From positions 124,001 to 188,000 of IMG/VR virus record IMGVR_UViG_3300028592_000004: a stretch of 64,000 bases of DNA. One strand, 5' to 3'. The notes beneath the pieces were generated by a model, which had not been told where the DNA came from, made no database searches, and worked only from the letters and a program-made list of their open reading frames with translations. This document shows, in pieces, positions 48,980 through 57,157 of this stretch; positions within the stretch are counted from its first letter, which is position 1; the number at the start of each line of letters is the position of its first letter. A program made the position numbers and the translations under genes.

Positions 48980-50059
48980 TTACGTTGGCGTCGTCATTCC
49001 GGAGAGATCGGTCTGGGAGAACCCACCCTGGTTCTGCTGCAGCCGCATTTGCATCGACTGCTGCATCTGCATCTTCCGCTGGTTCATCCGCTGGAGAGCG
49101 GACGAAGCGGCTTGGCTCGCGGAGACTCCCTTCGGCCGCACATTCGACTTGGCCGAAGGGAGCGCGGCAATCTTCTCTTCTTCGGGCGGCATGAGCGTCG
49201 CCGTCGTCGGAATCGCGGGCTTCTTCGGGGCCGGCGGCATGTGGTAGGGGACCGGCATCGCGATCACCGGCCGCGGGCTGCTGTCGTACAGCTGACGGTT
49301 CCGGCGACGGACGGCCTCGTTCAGGGCATCCCCTTCGCTACGGCTCCGTGCCCAGTTGTAGGTCGCGAGCCCGGCCCCGCCGGCCAGCATCGCGTTCAGC
49401 AGGCCCAGCATGCCCAGACCCTTGTTGATGATCGCACGCTTCTCGTACACGAAGTCGAGATCATCACTGGCCTGCTTACCAAGGTGCTGGGCGTTGAGAG
49501 CCTGTTCGTACTCGTTCCGGGCCGCTGCCAGCTCGCTGTCGACTTCGTTCTTCCGTGCGGAATCGAACAGGGAGTCGGTCAGCTTGTAGCCGCCATAGAG
49601 CCCGCCGCCAAGGGCTGCGGCGCTTGCTGGCCAGGCCCAGGGAATGTCGGAGAACGTCGCGGCGTTGTCGCCCATAAGCCGGCCCATGAGCGGGCCTCGC
49701 ATCTGCTCGACGCCGTTCACGACGGGAGCGAAGACGCCGGACATGTGGCCGAGGTTCTCAGCGATCCCCGAGAGCAGGCCCGGCTTGGCCGGTGCCGCCG
49801 GGGCAGCGGCGAGCTTCTCTTCCTCGGGCTGCCGGCGGACCGGCATACGAATCGGAAGAACAACCGTGCGGTTCGGAATCTTCGGCGGAGAGGTTGTGTT
49901 CCGGTCGAAGAGGTTGAGAGCTCCGCTGGCTCCGCGGAGAGCCATCCCCGCGCCGGCGCTCAGCAAACCCATCTGGAGGAGCTGCTCAATCGATCGAGCT
50001 TTCAGCTGGTTCGTCGCCCCCGGGACGGAGTAGGGGGTCGGCATCATATTCGTCGGCAT
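48980..50059 (-). CDS. Glycine-zipper internal virion / ejection protein (putative)
   Basis: Three Gly/Ala hydrophobic segments separated by KLA, KQA, KRA, KIA; no Cys. Confidence 0.55.
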   Translation of the reverse strand: MPTNMMPTPYSVPGATNQLKARSIEQLLQMGLLSAGAGMALRGASGALNLFDRNTTSPPKIPNRTVVLPIRMPVRRQPEEEKLAAAPAAPAKPGLLSGIAENLGHMSGVFAPVVNGVEQMRGPLMGRLMGDNAATFSDIPWAWPASAAALGGGLYGGYKLTDSLFDSARKNEVDSELAAARNEYEQALNAQHLGKQASDDLDFVYEKRAIINKGLGMLGLLNAMLAGGAGLATYNWARSRSEGDALNEAVRRRNRQLYDSSPRPVIAMPVPYHMPPAPKKPAIPTTATLMPPEEEKIAALPSAKSNVRPKGVSASQAASSALQRMNQRKMQMQQSMQMRLQQNQGGFSQTDLSGMTTPT

Positions 50060-50068
50060 CCATGCACC

Positions 50069-50422
50069 CTATGTGACGTCGTGGTAGTTCTGGCTCCACT
50101 CCACGTACCATACCATTTCTCCCGTTACCGGGTTGGGCATGGGGTGCCGGCTGTAGCAGGTGAACCACCCCGCCAGGACACGATCCATGATCCAGTGGTA
50201 ACGCTTCGCATCCTCCGGATTGCTCATCCGAAACGTGCCGCTGTTGAAGTCCTGCGACAGCGGCAAGGAATCAACTTCATCGTCCCGAAGCAAAGGCGCC
50301 GGCTCACTGGAGCCGGTCGGCATTCGCATCGGGATTCCGTCCGTGCCCGGTCCCCAAACAAGCCGACCGCCGTGAGCTTCCCCACCGCGGTCCTTGCGGA
50401 ACTTTGCGAGAATCGGATGCAC
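50069..50422 (-). CDS. Hypothetical protein
   Basis: 117-aa ORF filling the operon gap. Confidence 0.55.
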   Translation of the reverse strand: MHPILAKFRKDRGGEAHGGRLVWGPGTDGIPMRMPTGSSEPAPLLRDDEVDSLPLSQDFNSGTFRMSNPEDAKRYHWIMDRVLAGWFTCYSRHPMPNPVTGEMVWYVEWSQNYHDVT

Positions 50423-50432
50423 GAGGTGCCTT

Positions 50433-50816
50433 TCAGAACTGGAAGGACGGCTTGCGGCCCTTCAGCATCTGCTGTCGGAGCTGCCGCAGCGCGTTCCGCT
50501 GCTTGATCTGCGAGGTGTACATGTTGTACGCGGAGATCTCTTCCTGAGCACGGATCTCTTCGGGGTTGACGTCCGGCTCACGAAGTTTCGCGAGCGACAG
50601 ACCGCCCAAAGCTCCCGCACCCGCGGAGAGAGCCGCGGTGCCCGCGACGCCGGCCGTCCCGAGCGTCGTGAGGGCGTTCCACGCGGTCTGTAGCGGGTTG
50701 GCCTGCTTAACGAAGGCGACAGCCTGCTTGATACGAGCCCGAGTCTCTTCGACAGTCAGGCCCTCCTCCGCGCAGCGATAGAGGAATCCGAACTTGTAGG
50801 CTTGGGCGTCGGTCAT
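50433..50816 (-). CDS. Small glycine-zipper virion protein with KQA motifs
   Basis: Start MTDAQA; IKQA and VKQA followed by GTAGVAG...GAGALGG. Confidence 0.55.
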   Translation of the reverse strand: MTDAQAYKFGFLYRCAEEGLTVEETRARIKQAVAFVKQANPLQTAWNALTTLGTAGVAGTAALSAGAGALGGLSLAKLREPDVNPEEIRAQEEISAYNMYTSQIKQRNALRQLRQQMLKGRKPSFQF

Positions 50817-50817
50817 C

Positions 50818-51216
50818 TCAGCTCCCGGGGGTCCAAATCGGGCTCCTCGGTACGAGGCCACCCATGTAACGATTATGGTGTTTCATCTGCCTCATGACAC
50901 CAGGTTTGAACGGATCTCCCTGTGCGTCGGCCTGCTGACAGGTTAGGATCATATCCTCGACGCACTTCTGCATCTCTGCCTTTTCTTTCGGGCAGGTGGA
51001 GCGATCCCGGCTCTGCCGGATGGCGTCCGCTCGCAGCAGGAACTCAGCGCGGGACGCAGTCTTGAACTCCCCGTCCCGTTCGTCGAGTGTTCGCAGCAGG
51101 CCGCGCTCCGCGAAGAACGTGATCCACTTGTACCGGAAGATCTTTCGGTTGGCTCCGCCTCGAATCTGAAACGGAGCTGCAGCCAAAGCACGTGACAGGC
51201 GACCGCGATGGGCCAT
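50818..51216 (-). CDS. Hypothetical protein
   Basis: AAGGA RBS before MAHRG; 132 aa. Confidence 0.55.
   Translation of the reverse strand: MAHRGRLSRALAAAPFQIRGGANRKIFRYKWITFFAERGLLRTLDERDGEFKTASRAEFLLRADAIRQSRDRSTCPKEKAEMQKCVEDMILTCQQADAQGDPFKPGVMRQMKHHNRYMGGLVPRSPIWTPGS
50872..50900 (-). promoter_or_regulatory. Sigma70-like promoter upstream of the RNAP/head operon
   Basis: GTGTCA-17 nt-CATAAT. Confidence 0.4.
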
Positions 51217-51232
51217 GACAGCAATCCTTTGC

Positions 51233-52135
51233 TTACCGAACGTGGAAGCGGCCTTTCCGGGACCGCTGATAAGTCGGAGGAGGGGAGTAACGTGGAGCCG
51301 CCTGGAGCTGGGGAGCCTGCGGCGGCAGTACGAACTGCGTCTGTTCGACCGGACGTGGCGCCGGCATCGGAGCCTTCTCAACCTGGGCGGGTGCAGTCTG
51401 CCCGTCCCGGATGATGACATCGGCAACTGCCCGTTCGGCCTGCCGTGTCCGGTGGCTCTTGTACTTCGCCATCGCCAGGAACTCGTTGAGCTTCGTGACC
51501 CGGGAGTACATGCCGTACTTCGGATTGGCGGGCGGCTCGCGACCGATGCAGATCCCGATCAGCGTGCCGGTCGGACTGAACAACCCGCCGCCGGACTCTC
51601 CGGACGTCGGGATGTGGTCGACGATAATCGCCGTGTCGTCCGTGACGATCTTGCCTTCGTTGTCCAGCCAGAGTGCCTTCCGGGCAAGCCATTCTTTCGG
51701 CTGGACGCCGAGCGGCGATCCAACCGCATGAACGACGTCACCGACACGGGGAACCCACTCCCGGTCGTCGACGTGGTCGACTGCTTTCAGACCGAGGTTG
51801 CCAGGCCCCGTGAGAAGCTGGGTGTCGTACTGGCTACTCTGCCCGATCACCGACATCTGTGCCTGGTTGGCGAAGTCCTTACCCCACTGGATGGTGTAGC
51901 GGGTGTCGTCCGAGGGGAGCTTCGCGGACTCGAAGTGAAAACAGGTCGAAACCAGGGTTCGCTCTGGGCTCGATTCGAGCACAGTTCCGGACCCGTAGTG
52001 CTCGTGATTCTGAGTGAGGTTCTGGTACTTCACTCGAACTGCAGCCTCGATCGGCTTGACGTCCGGAGCGATGTAGACCTGCCCACCGCAGACGGCCCCG
52101 AAGATCGACAGAATGATTGGCGCGATATGAAGCAT
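51233..52135 (-). CDS. Exported trypsin-like serine protease (S1/PA clan)
   Basis: Signal-like N-terminus MLHIAPIILSIFGAVCG; GSGT, TCFH (His), YD (Asp), GESGGGLF (Ser). Confidence 0.85.
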   Translation of the reverse strand: MLHIAPIILSIFGAVCGGQVYIAPDVKPIEAAVRVKYQNLTQNHEHYGSGTVLESSPERTLVSTCFHFESAKLPSDDTRYTIQWGKDFANQAQMSVIGQSSQYDTQLLTGPGNLGLKAVDHVDDREWVPRVGDVVHAVGSPLGVQPKEWLARKALWLDNEGKIVTDDTAIIVDHIPTSGESGGGLFSPTGTLIGICIGREPPANPKYGMYSRVTKLNEFLAMAKYKSHRTRQAERAVADVIIRDGQTAPAQVEKAPMPAPRPVEQTQFVLPPQAPQLQAAPRYSPPPTYQRSRKGRFHVR

Positions 52136-52139
52136 CGCA

Positions 52140-52153
52140 AGTCCTCCGTGACT
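52140..52153 (-). promoter_or_regulatory. CsrA/RsmA-type hairpin at RBS
   Basis: AGTC-ACGGAG-GACT. Confidence 0.6.
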
Positions 52154-52190
52154 GAGAAACATCCCTGTGGTCGCACTGTATCGACCGAGA

Positions 52191-53360
52191 TCAGTTGCCG
52201 ACAAGCGGGAACGTCGGTTCCAGCATCTTCGGCACGTTTGCCAAATGCACGCGGGCTTCGCGGCTGGTGACCGTGAAGCCGTCGATCGAAGTCGTGATGT
52301 TGATGAACTTCTTGACCGTGACCTTTGGCTTCGGGTCGAGGAAGCTCACCGAGAGCGTGTCGCCCTGCCGCCGAACGGAGATCCGGACCTCGGCATTCGA
52401 CGTGGCCGTGATCCCATCAGACAGCTGGATCGTCTGACCGCCCAGCAGGCTGAGCATCGTGCCGACGAAGTCCTTCTTGTTCATCGGGACCGGGTTGCCG
52501 GCCCGCGGCACGGGCTTGTTGTTGGCCTTCGCCAGACTGACGGCCACAGCCTCCCAGACCCGGGCGTCTTCGGGAGGTGGCTCGGCCGTTGGAGGTGGCC
52601 CGGACATCGCTGCCGGCGGCGCCACCTTCCAACGGTTCTTGTTCAGCTCGTCGACCATCGCGACCCGCGACTTCCATTCGGTCTTGAACGCGTCCTTGGC
52701 GATCGCGCCAATGACCGGCTCGCCGATCTGGGCTACCTGACCGTCCCGGAGCCGATACCAGAACGTGAACCGCGGCAGCCGGAAGTCGGGCTCGGAGGAA
52801 CCGTGATCGACTATTCGGATGTGGGCGGTGCCGTCCATTTGCTTTCCGGTCGTGTAGACCGGCGCAAGCGACGGGGCCGTCTGGGTGATCCAGCTCTTGC
52901 AGAAGCCACACCAGTCCGCCGTGTCGATTTCGGCCCAGAACTCAAGTCCACTGGGAGCGTGGAGGCTTTCGATCTTGATTGCTTCTTCGGGGGCGTACTG
53001 GGGGACTCGCCGGTCTTCTTCGAACGTTCCTTGGATCGGAGGGTCTTCAACCGCAGCTTGCGGAGGCGGCGGAGGCTGGACCGCTGGACCTGCTTGCACG
53101 GCGGGACCAGGTCCCACCGAATGATTCGGCACTTGAGGGTAGCCAGCTGCTCCAGCGCGGCCAGTATCTGCTGTCGTTTGTGCGGCGTCATTGACCACCT
53201 CCCGAACGTCGACGAATTCCCCGTCCGTACGGGCCAGAGCGAAACGCGCTCGGGCCAGCGAGAGATCGGCGTAGGAGGGAGCCCAATTCGACTTGTAGGA
53301 CAGGTCCAAGCCTGTGCACCCGCAGAACGCGAGGAGCACGAGCAACAGAAACTGGATCAT
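52191..53360 (-). CDS. Lipoprotein with thioredoxin-like CxxC domain
   Basis: MIQFLLLVLLAFCG-C lipobox; TADWCGFCK; cis-Pro-like LPRF; Pro-rich linkers. Confidence 0.7.
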   Translation of the reverse strand: MIQFLLLVLLAFCGCTGLDLSYKSNWAPSYADLSLARARFALARTDGEFVDVREVVNDAAQTTADTGRAGAAGYPQVPNHSVGPGPAVQAGPAVQPPPPPQAAVEDPPIQGTFEEDRRVPQYAPEEAIKIESLHAPSGLEFWAEIDTADWCGFCKSWITQTAPSLAPVYTTGKQMDGTAHIRIVDHGSSEPDFRLPRFTFWYRLRDGQVAQIGEPVIGAIAKDAFKTEWKSRVAMVDELNKNRWKVAPPAAMSGPPPTAEPPPEDARVWEAVAVSLAKANNKPVPRAGNPVPMNKKDFVGTMLSLLGGQTIQLSDGITATSNAEVRISVRRQGDTLSVSFLDPKPKVTVKKFINITTSIDGFTVTSREARVHLANVPKMLEPTFPLVGN

Positions 53361-54343
53361 GCGGCGAGACTCCATTTGAGGTGCTGCAGGGTGAAGCCCT
53401 TCGCGCCAGCACCGGTGTACGAATCGTTCTGCTTGAGCATGCGATCGACGGTCGCAAAGTCGACCGCGAAGCATCCTTCAGGCAGCTCCACTTCCTCTCC
53501 GCTTTCGCAGAAGATCTTGTTCGGGCCGATCGGCTGATTGCCCCAAGACTGCTGACAGACGAAAGCAGGCCGGTTTCCGCGGGCCAGGAAGTAACCCCGG
53601 AAGTACATGCAGTGATTCCACGTCCCGTTCGCATAGTCGAAGCCGTCGCGGTCCCGGAAGTTCCGGAAGCCGACGTTCGAGCAGACGGGGATACCACGCC
53701 AGTTGCAGATCGAGGCTCGCGCCTCCTCGGCTGAGCGAACCGGCGCGATGTAGGTGATCGGATGCTGCCGGGACTCTGTTTCCAGCTCCGCCGGAACACC
53801 GTTACGGCTCGTGCCCCAGGTCTGAGCGATGTTGTCGTCCGGCGTCCGCAGGTCGTACTGACCGTACTTCAGGCGGAAGACGACGCCCCACTGTCGGACC
53901 CACTCCGCCATCCAGGCCCCGTAGGAGCCCTGGTTCCCGCCGAGCCGGCCTTTCCCGATCTCGATCCGAGAGCCGGCGTAGAGCGGTTCGGTGGCCACAG
54001 GGGCAACCCAGCGCTCCAGGGAGCCGAACATGATCTGGATCAGGAACAGGTCCTGAGCGAAGCGGCCCCAGCCCTGCGAAACGCAGGTCCCCAGGGTCTG
54101 CTTGAAGGCCCGGAGCATTCGCCCCAGGACCTTCAGCTCAGCTCGCCACAGGAAGGTGTCCGGAAACGAAGCCGCCGCCATCATGGCGGGTGCAGCCTCG
54201 CGGAGGGACGGGAACCAGTTTGTGGCAGCGGCAGCAGTACGCCTGACCTCGCTCTGGTTGTTGATCCAGCCGAGGTTATCCGCCGTAAAGCCACGTGGGA
54301 GGGCGCGTGTTTGCTCACGCTTACCTCGACTACGAGCAGACAT
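53357..54343 (-). CDS. Papain-like (C1) cysteine peptidase
   Basis: Q..GTCVS (Cys), NHCM (His), QQSWG (canonical NSWG); no signal peptide. Confidence 0.8.
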   Translation of the reverse strand: MSARSRGKREQTRALPRGFTADNLGWINNQSEVRRTAAAATNWFPSLREAAPAMMAAASFPDTFLWRAELKVLGRMLRAFKQTLGTCVSQGWGRFAQDLFLIQIMFGSLERWVAPVATEPLYAGSRIEIGKGRLGGNQGSYGAWMAEWVRQWGVVFRLKYGQYDLRTPDDNIAQTWGTSRNGVPAELETESRQHPITYIAPVRSAEEARASICNWRGIPVCSNVGFRNFRDRDGFDYANGTWNHCMYFRGYFLARGNRPAFVCQQSWGNQPIGPNKIFCESGEEVELPEGCFAVDFATVDRMLKQNDSYTGAGAKGFTLQHLKWSLAA

Positions 54344-54356
54344 CCATGTCCTCCCG

Positions 54357-54833
54357 TTAGCCGGCAACGGCCTGACAGGCCGCAGCAAGCTGACGCAGTT
54401 TGAGAACGAACGCAGCCCGGCCGGCGTCATCCAAATCGCCAACAGGGAGCGTACGGAGCCAGGCGTCGACGACGACTGGCAATTTGACGATCAGACCCGT
54501 CTTCAGTCCGATCCGTTCGCGGGCAGTGGCCAGCGCGGAGAGCGCGGCGGCACCGGTCTGGATCGACTTATCCAGTTCGACCGCATCGGCCGCTGCCGTG
54601 TACAGCGAGCAATAGTCGCGGGCCTTAATCTGGTAGTCGGTGAATCCGCTGGTCTGGAAGGCATCGGCGACCTGGGCGTTGAGCGTCGGGTCCGCCGGCA
54701 CAGCCGGATTGACGGGGTTCACCGGGTTGACCGGGTTGACGGGGTTCGGAACAGGCTGCGGACCGGGGACCGGCGGGGCACACCCCACCAGCATCCCGAG
54801 GAGCAGCGCACTACCGAGCAGCTTTCGCGACAT
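54357..54833 (-). CDS. Lipoprotein with Pro-rich (NPV)n linker
   Basis: LLLGMLVG-C lipobox; PNPVNPVNPVNPVNP 9-nt tandem repeat near 54705-54750. Confidence 0.75.
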   Translation of the reverse strand: MSRKLLGSALLLGMLVGCAPPVPGPQPVPNPVNPVNPVNPVNPAVPADPTLNAQVADAFQTSGFTDYQIKARDYCSLYTAAADAVELDKSIQTGAAALSALATARERIGLKTGLIVKLPVVVDAWLRTLPVGDLDDAGRAAFVLKLRQLAAACQAVAG

Positions 54834-55179
54834 TCGACCCCTCCTTGGGTTCGTCGGTCGTTTGGCCCAGGGTCGTCACGACCACCTGGGTCACGGCCTG
54901 CGCGAAGGCAGGCGTGGATTCGCCGGACAGCACCAGGTCAACCTTACGGTCGCCGACCTGGAAGCTGAGCTTCGACTGCGGAACGCCACTCGATCCGCGG
55001 AGAAAGAGCTCCCGCGAGCCAAGGGCGCCGGCGCCGAGAAGCCCGGCAACGATCTGGGCAATGCTGTACCCGGACGTGAGGGGCACACCAGCGTTGGCCG
55101 CAGCGGTGAGGCCGTACGTGGCCTGGGCGGTGAGAGCCGTTCCCACGAGCGTGAGAACAGGCGCGAGGAATTTGAGCAT
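54811..55179 (-). CDS. Small membrane protein (holin-like candidate)
   Basis: Two hydrophobic segments and a hydrophilic C-terminus; 122 aa. Confidence 0.5.
   Translation of the reverse strand: MLKFLAPVLTLVGTALTAQATYGLTAAANAGVPLTSGYSIAQIVAGLLGAGALGSRELFLRGSSGVPQSKLSFQVGDRKVDLVLSGESTPAFAQAVTQVVVTTLGQTTDEPKEGSNVAKAAR
54837..54850 (-). promoter_or_regulatory. CsrA/RsmA-type hairpin at RBS
   Basis: ACCC-AAGGAG-GGGT. Confidence 0.6.
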
Positions 55180-55220
55180 GAGAGGCTCCGAGAACAGTCC
55201 GTTGTCGTCGGGTTGCTGGC

Positions 55221-55718
55221 TCAGACCGCCTGAGTCAGCTTGCCGCTACGGAAGAGGTTGATCAGCTCGATCACGAGCTGGACGGCGGTGAGAACCGTCG
55301 TCGGGTTGAAGAGAAGCGAGCGCGGCCGGGCTTCCGAGTCCGGAGCGTTCGGGTCGTTCTGCAGCTCCGCCTTGACGGCGTCGACCAGGCTCTCGACGTC
55401 AGCGGCGGAGACCTGATGGTTGTCCGACCGGCGGCGGAATACGCCGTACACGACGGCCGCGGCGGCACTGACGAGCAGCGTCCGCTCCGCGACGAACTGG
55501 GCAAGCGGGCAAACCCGATCGTCCAGCGTCGTCTTGGTCATCGCCGTGAAGGGGCAGACGAGGTTCAGGGCGAGCTGAACCGCAACCTGCGTCCCTTCAT
55601 AGGAGCTGAGGTCCGCGTTGAGCAGCGGAGCCCCGGCGCTGAGGAACGCCGGGAGCTGCGACAGGTCGAGGAAGTTCTGAAGAGTGCCGACAGACTTGAT
55701 CTGTGCGAAGACGTCCAT
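55221..55718 (-). CDS. Hypothetical protein, amphipathic
   Basis: Start MDVFAQ after AAGGA; first gene of the envelope/protease cassette. Confidence 0.55.
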   Translation of the reverse strand: MDVFAQIKSVGTLQNFLDLSQLPAFLSAGAPLLNADLSSYEGTQVAVQLALNLVCPFTAMTKTTLDDRVCPLAQFVAERTLLVSAAAAVVYGVFRRRSDNHQVSAADVESLVDAVKAELQNDPNAPDSEARPRSLLFNPTTVLTAVQLVIELINLFRSGKLTQAV

Positions 55719-55785
55719 GTTGGGTCTCATTCCTTGAGTGGGAGAATCCAATTCCTTGCGGCGCTAAGCATGCCGCGACTCCCCT

Positions 55786-55814
55786 GTTGTACCCCGAATG
55801 GACCGGCCACGGAA
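55786..55814 (-). promoter_or_regulatory. Sigma70-like promoter for the envelope/protease cassette
   Basis: TTCCGT-17 nt-TACAAC in an intergenic gap. Confidence 0.4.
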
Positions 55815-55825
55815 GCCTCATTCCC

Positions 55826-56824
55826 TCAGCTACTTCTGATCCTCCCGTTGGACCCGATCCGGAGGTTGTCGATGTTGAATTCGCCGTCCGCGAGGACTTC
55901 CACGAAGGCGAAGCCGTGGTTCCACTTATTGATCCGCGCGTACTCCGGGTAGAGCTCGCACAGGCAGCCTGTCGACCAGGTCGCAACCTCTTGGTGCTTC
56001 CAGTTTGGCTCGGAGTGCTGACTCGACCGGTGGCCGTGACCAACCAGGACCGTGTCGTTCATCCGGAGGAACGCTCCGCGGGCCATGTTGACGGGGTTCG
56101 TCAGACCCTTCGGCAGTTCGTGCCCGTGGAAGATCGGCAGGTTGCCGGCCATGATCGGCCGCTGGTCGCCGACGATCTCGATACCGTGCTTGTCCGCGTG
56201 CAGCCAGGTTTCCAGGTCCAGCAGCGGATCATCCGCTACCTCGGCGAAGTAGTTCCAGATGTAGTGGTCCCACCGCTCGTCATGGTTCCCCTTCTTCAGG
56301 ATGATCCGCGCCTTCGGGAACTCGCTGCGGAGCCACGCCAGCCCCTGACGCTGGCAGGCGATCTCTTCCTTCAGGTTCCGATCCTTGGGGTTCTTCTGGA
56401 AGCGGGAGACCGAGTACCAGTCGCCATAGTCTCCGTTGATCAGGAGGATGTCTGGCTTCCGGTCTTTGCAGTACTTCACCGCGGCGCCGAGCGCCATCTC
56501 CGAGTGGAAGGGAAAGTGGATGTCCGACAGGACGGCCAACTGGATCCCAGTCGGGAGCACGACCGGCTCCCAGGCTTCAGCCTTGCTCGGCGGCATGGTC
56601 GGCTTCGTGCCGGCCTTTCCGTTCGGCCGTGGACTCGTTGCCTCGTCACGATGCTCCTTGCCCTTGTTGCCGCGGATGGTGCGAACGTAGTCACGGCCCT
56701 GTTCGATTGAGATGCCGTACTCCTTTGCGAGGCGCCTGGCGAGCGTTCGCGAGGCTGCATCGGGATACTCTCTACACAGCTGCTCTGCAGCCAGTCGGAT
56801 TGGCCCTTTCGGTGGTTTGCTCAT
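55826..56824 (-). CDS. Calcineurin-like metallophosphoesterase with N-terminal HTH-like segment
   Basis: SDIH, GDYGD, GNHD, HGH, GHGH motifs. Confidence 0.9.
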   Translation of the reverse strand: MSKPPKGPIRLAAEQLCREYPDAASRTLARRLAKEYGISIEQGRDYVRTIRGNKGKEHRDEATSPRPNGKAGTKPTMPPSKAEAWEPVVLPTGIQLAVLSDIHFPFHSEMALGAAVKYCKDRKPDILLINGDYGDWYSVSRFQKNPKDRNLKEEIACQRQGLAWLRSEFPKARIILKKGNHDERWDHYIWNYFAEVADDPLLDLETWLHADKHGIEIVGDQRPIMAGNLPIFHGHELPKGLTNPVNMARGAFLRMNDTVLVGHGHRSSQHSEPNWKHQEVATWSTGCLCELYPEYARINKWNHGFAFVEVLADGEFNIDNLRIGSNGRIRSS

Positions 56825-57135
56825 TCGGAATCCCTCCTGTATCCGAGTCGGTACAAAATACGGGCCAGGTCGGTCGCCACAGTGGCGCACCATTCCTCCG
56901 ACCTGTGCCAGTCTGCGGCGTGCAGGACCTCATGGATGATGACGTCCAGCTCTCGCTCGCCCGAGATGGCGGTCGAGATCACGATCTCACGCTTCTTGAG
57001 ATCGGAAGAAGAGAATGGGTGCTGGGTCTTGGCCTCACCCGTCGTGAACCCATCGAGATTACGGAGATACTTGCGGACGAACCGCCAGCGCTTCCCAAAA
57101 ATGATGACCTGCTTCAGCACTCGTCCACAATCCAT
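56821..57135 (-). CDS. Small HExxH (minimal zincin-like) protein
   Basis: IIHEVLHA...SEE; ATGA coupling to the phosphoesterase. Confidence 0.65.
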   Translation of the reverse strand: MDCGRVLKQVIIFGKRWRFVRKYLRNLDGFTTGEAKTQHPFSSSDLKKREIVISTAISGERELDVIIHEVLHAADWHRSEEWCATVATDLARILYRLGYRRDSE

Positions 57136-57157
57136 GTGTTGGAGGCAGTCGGATCGG

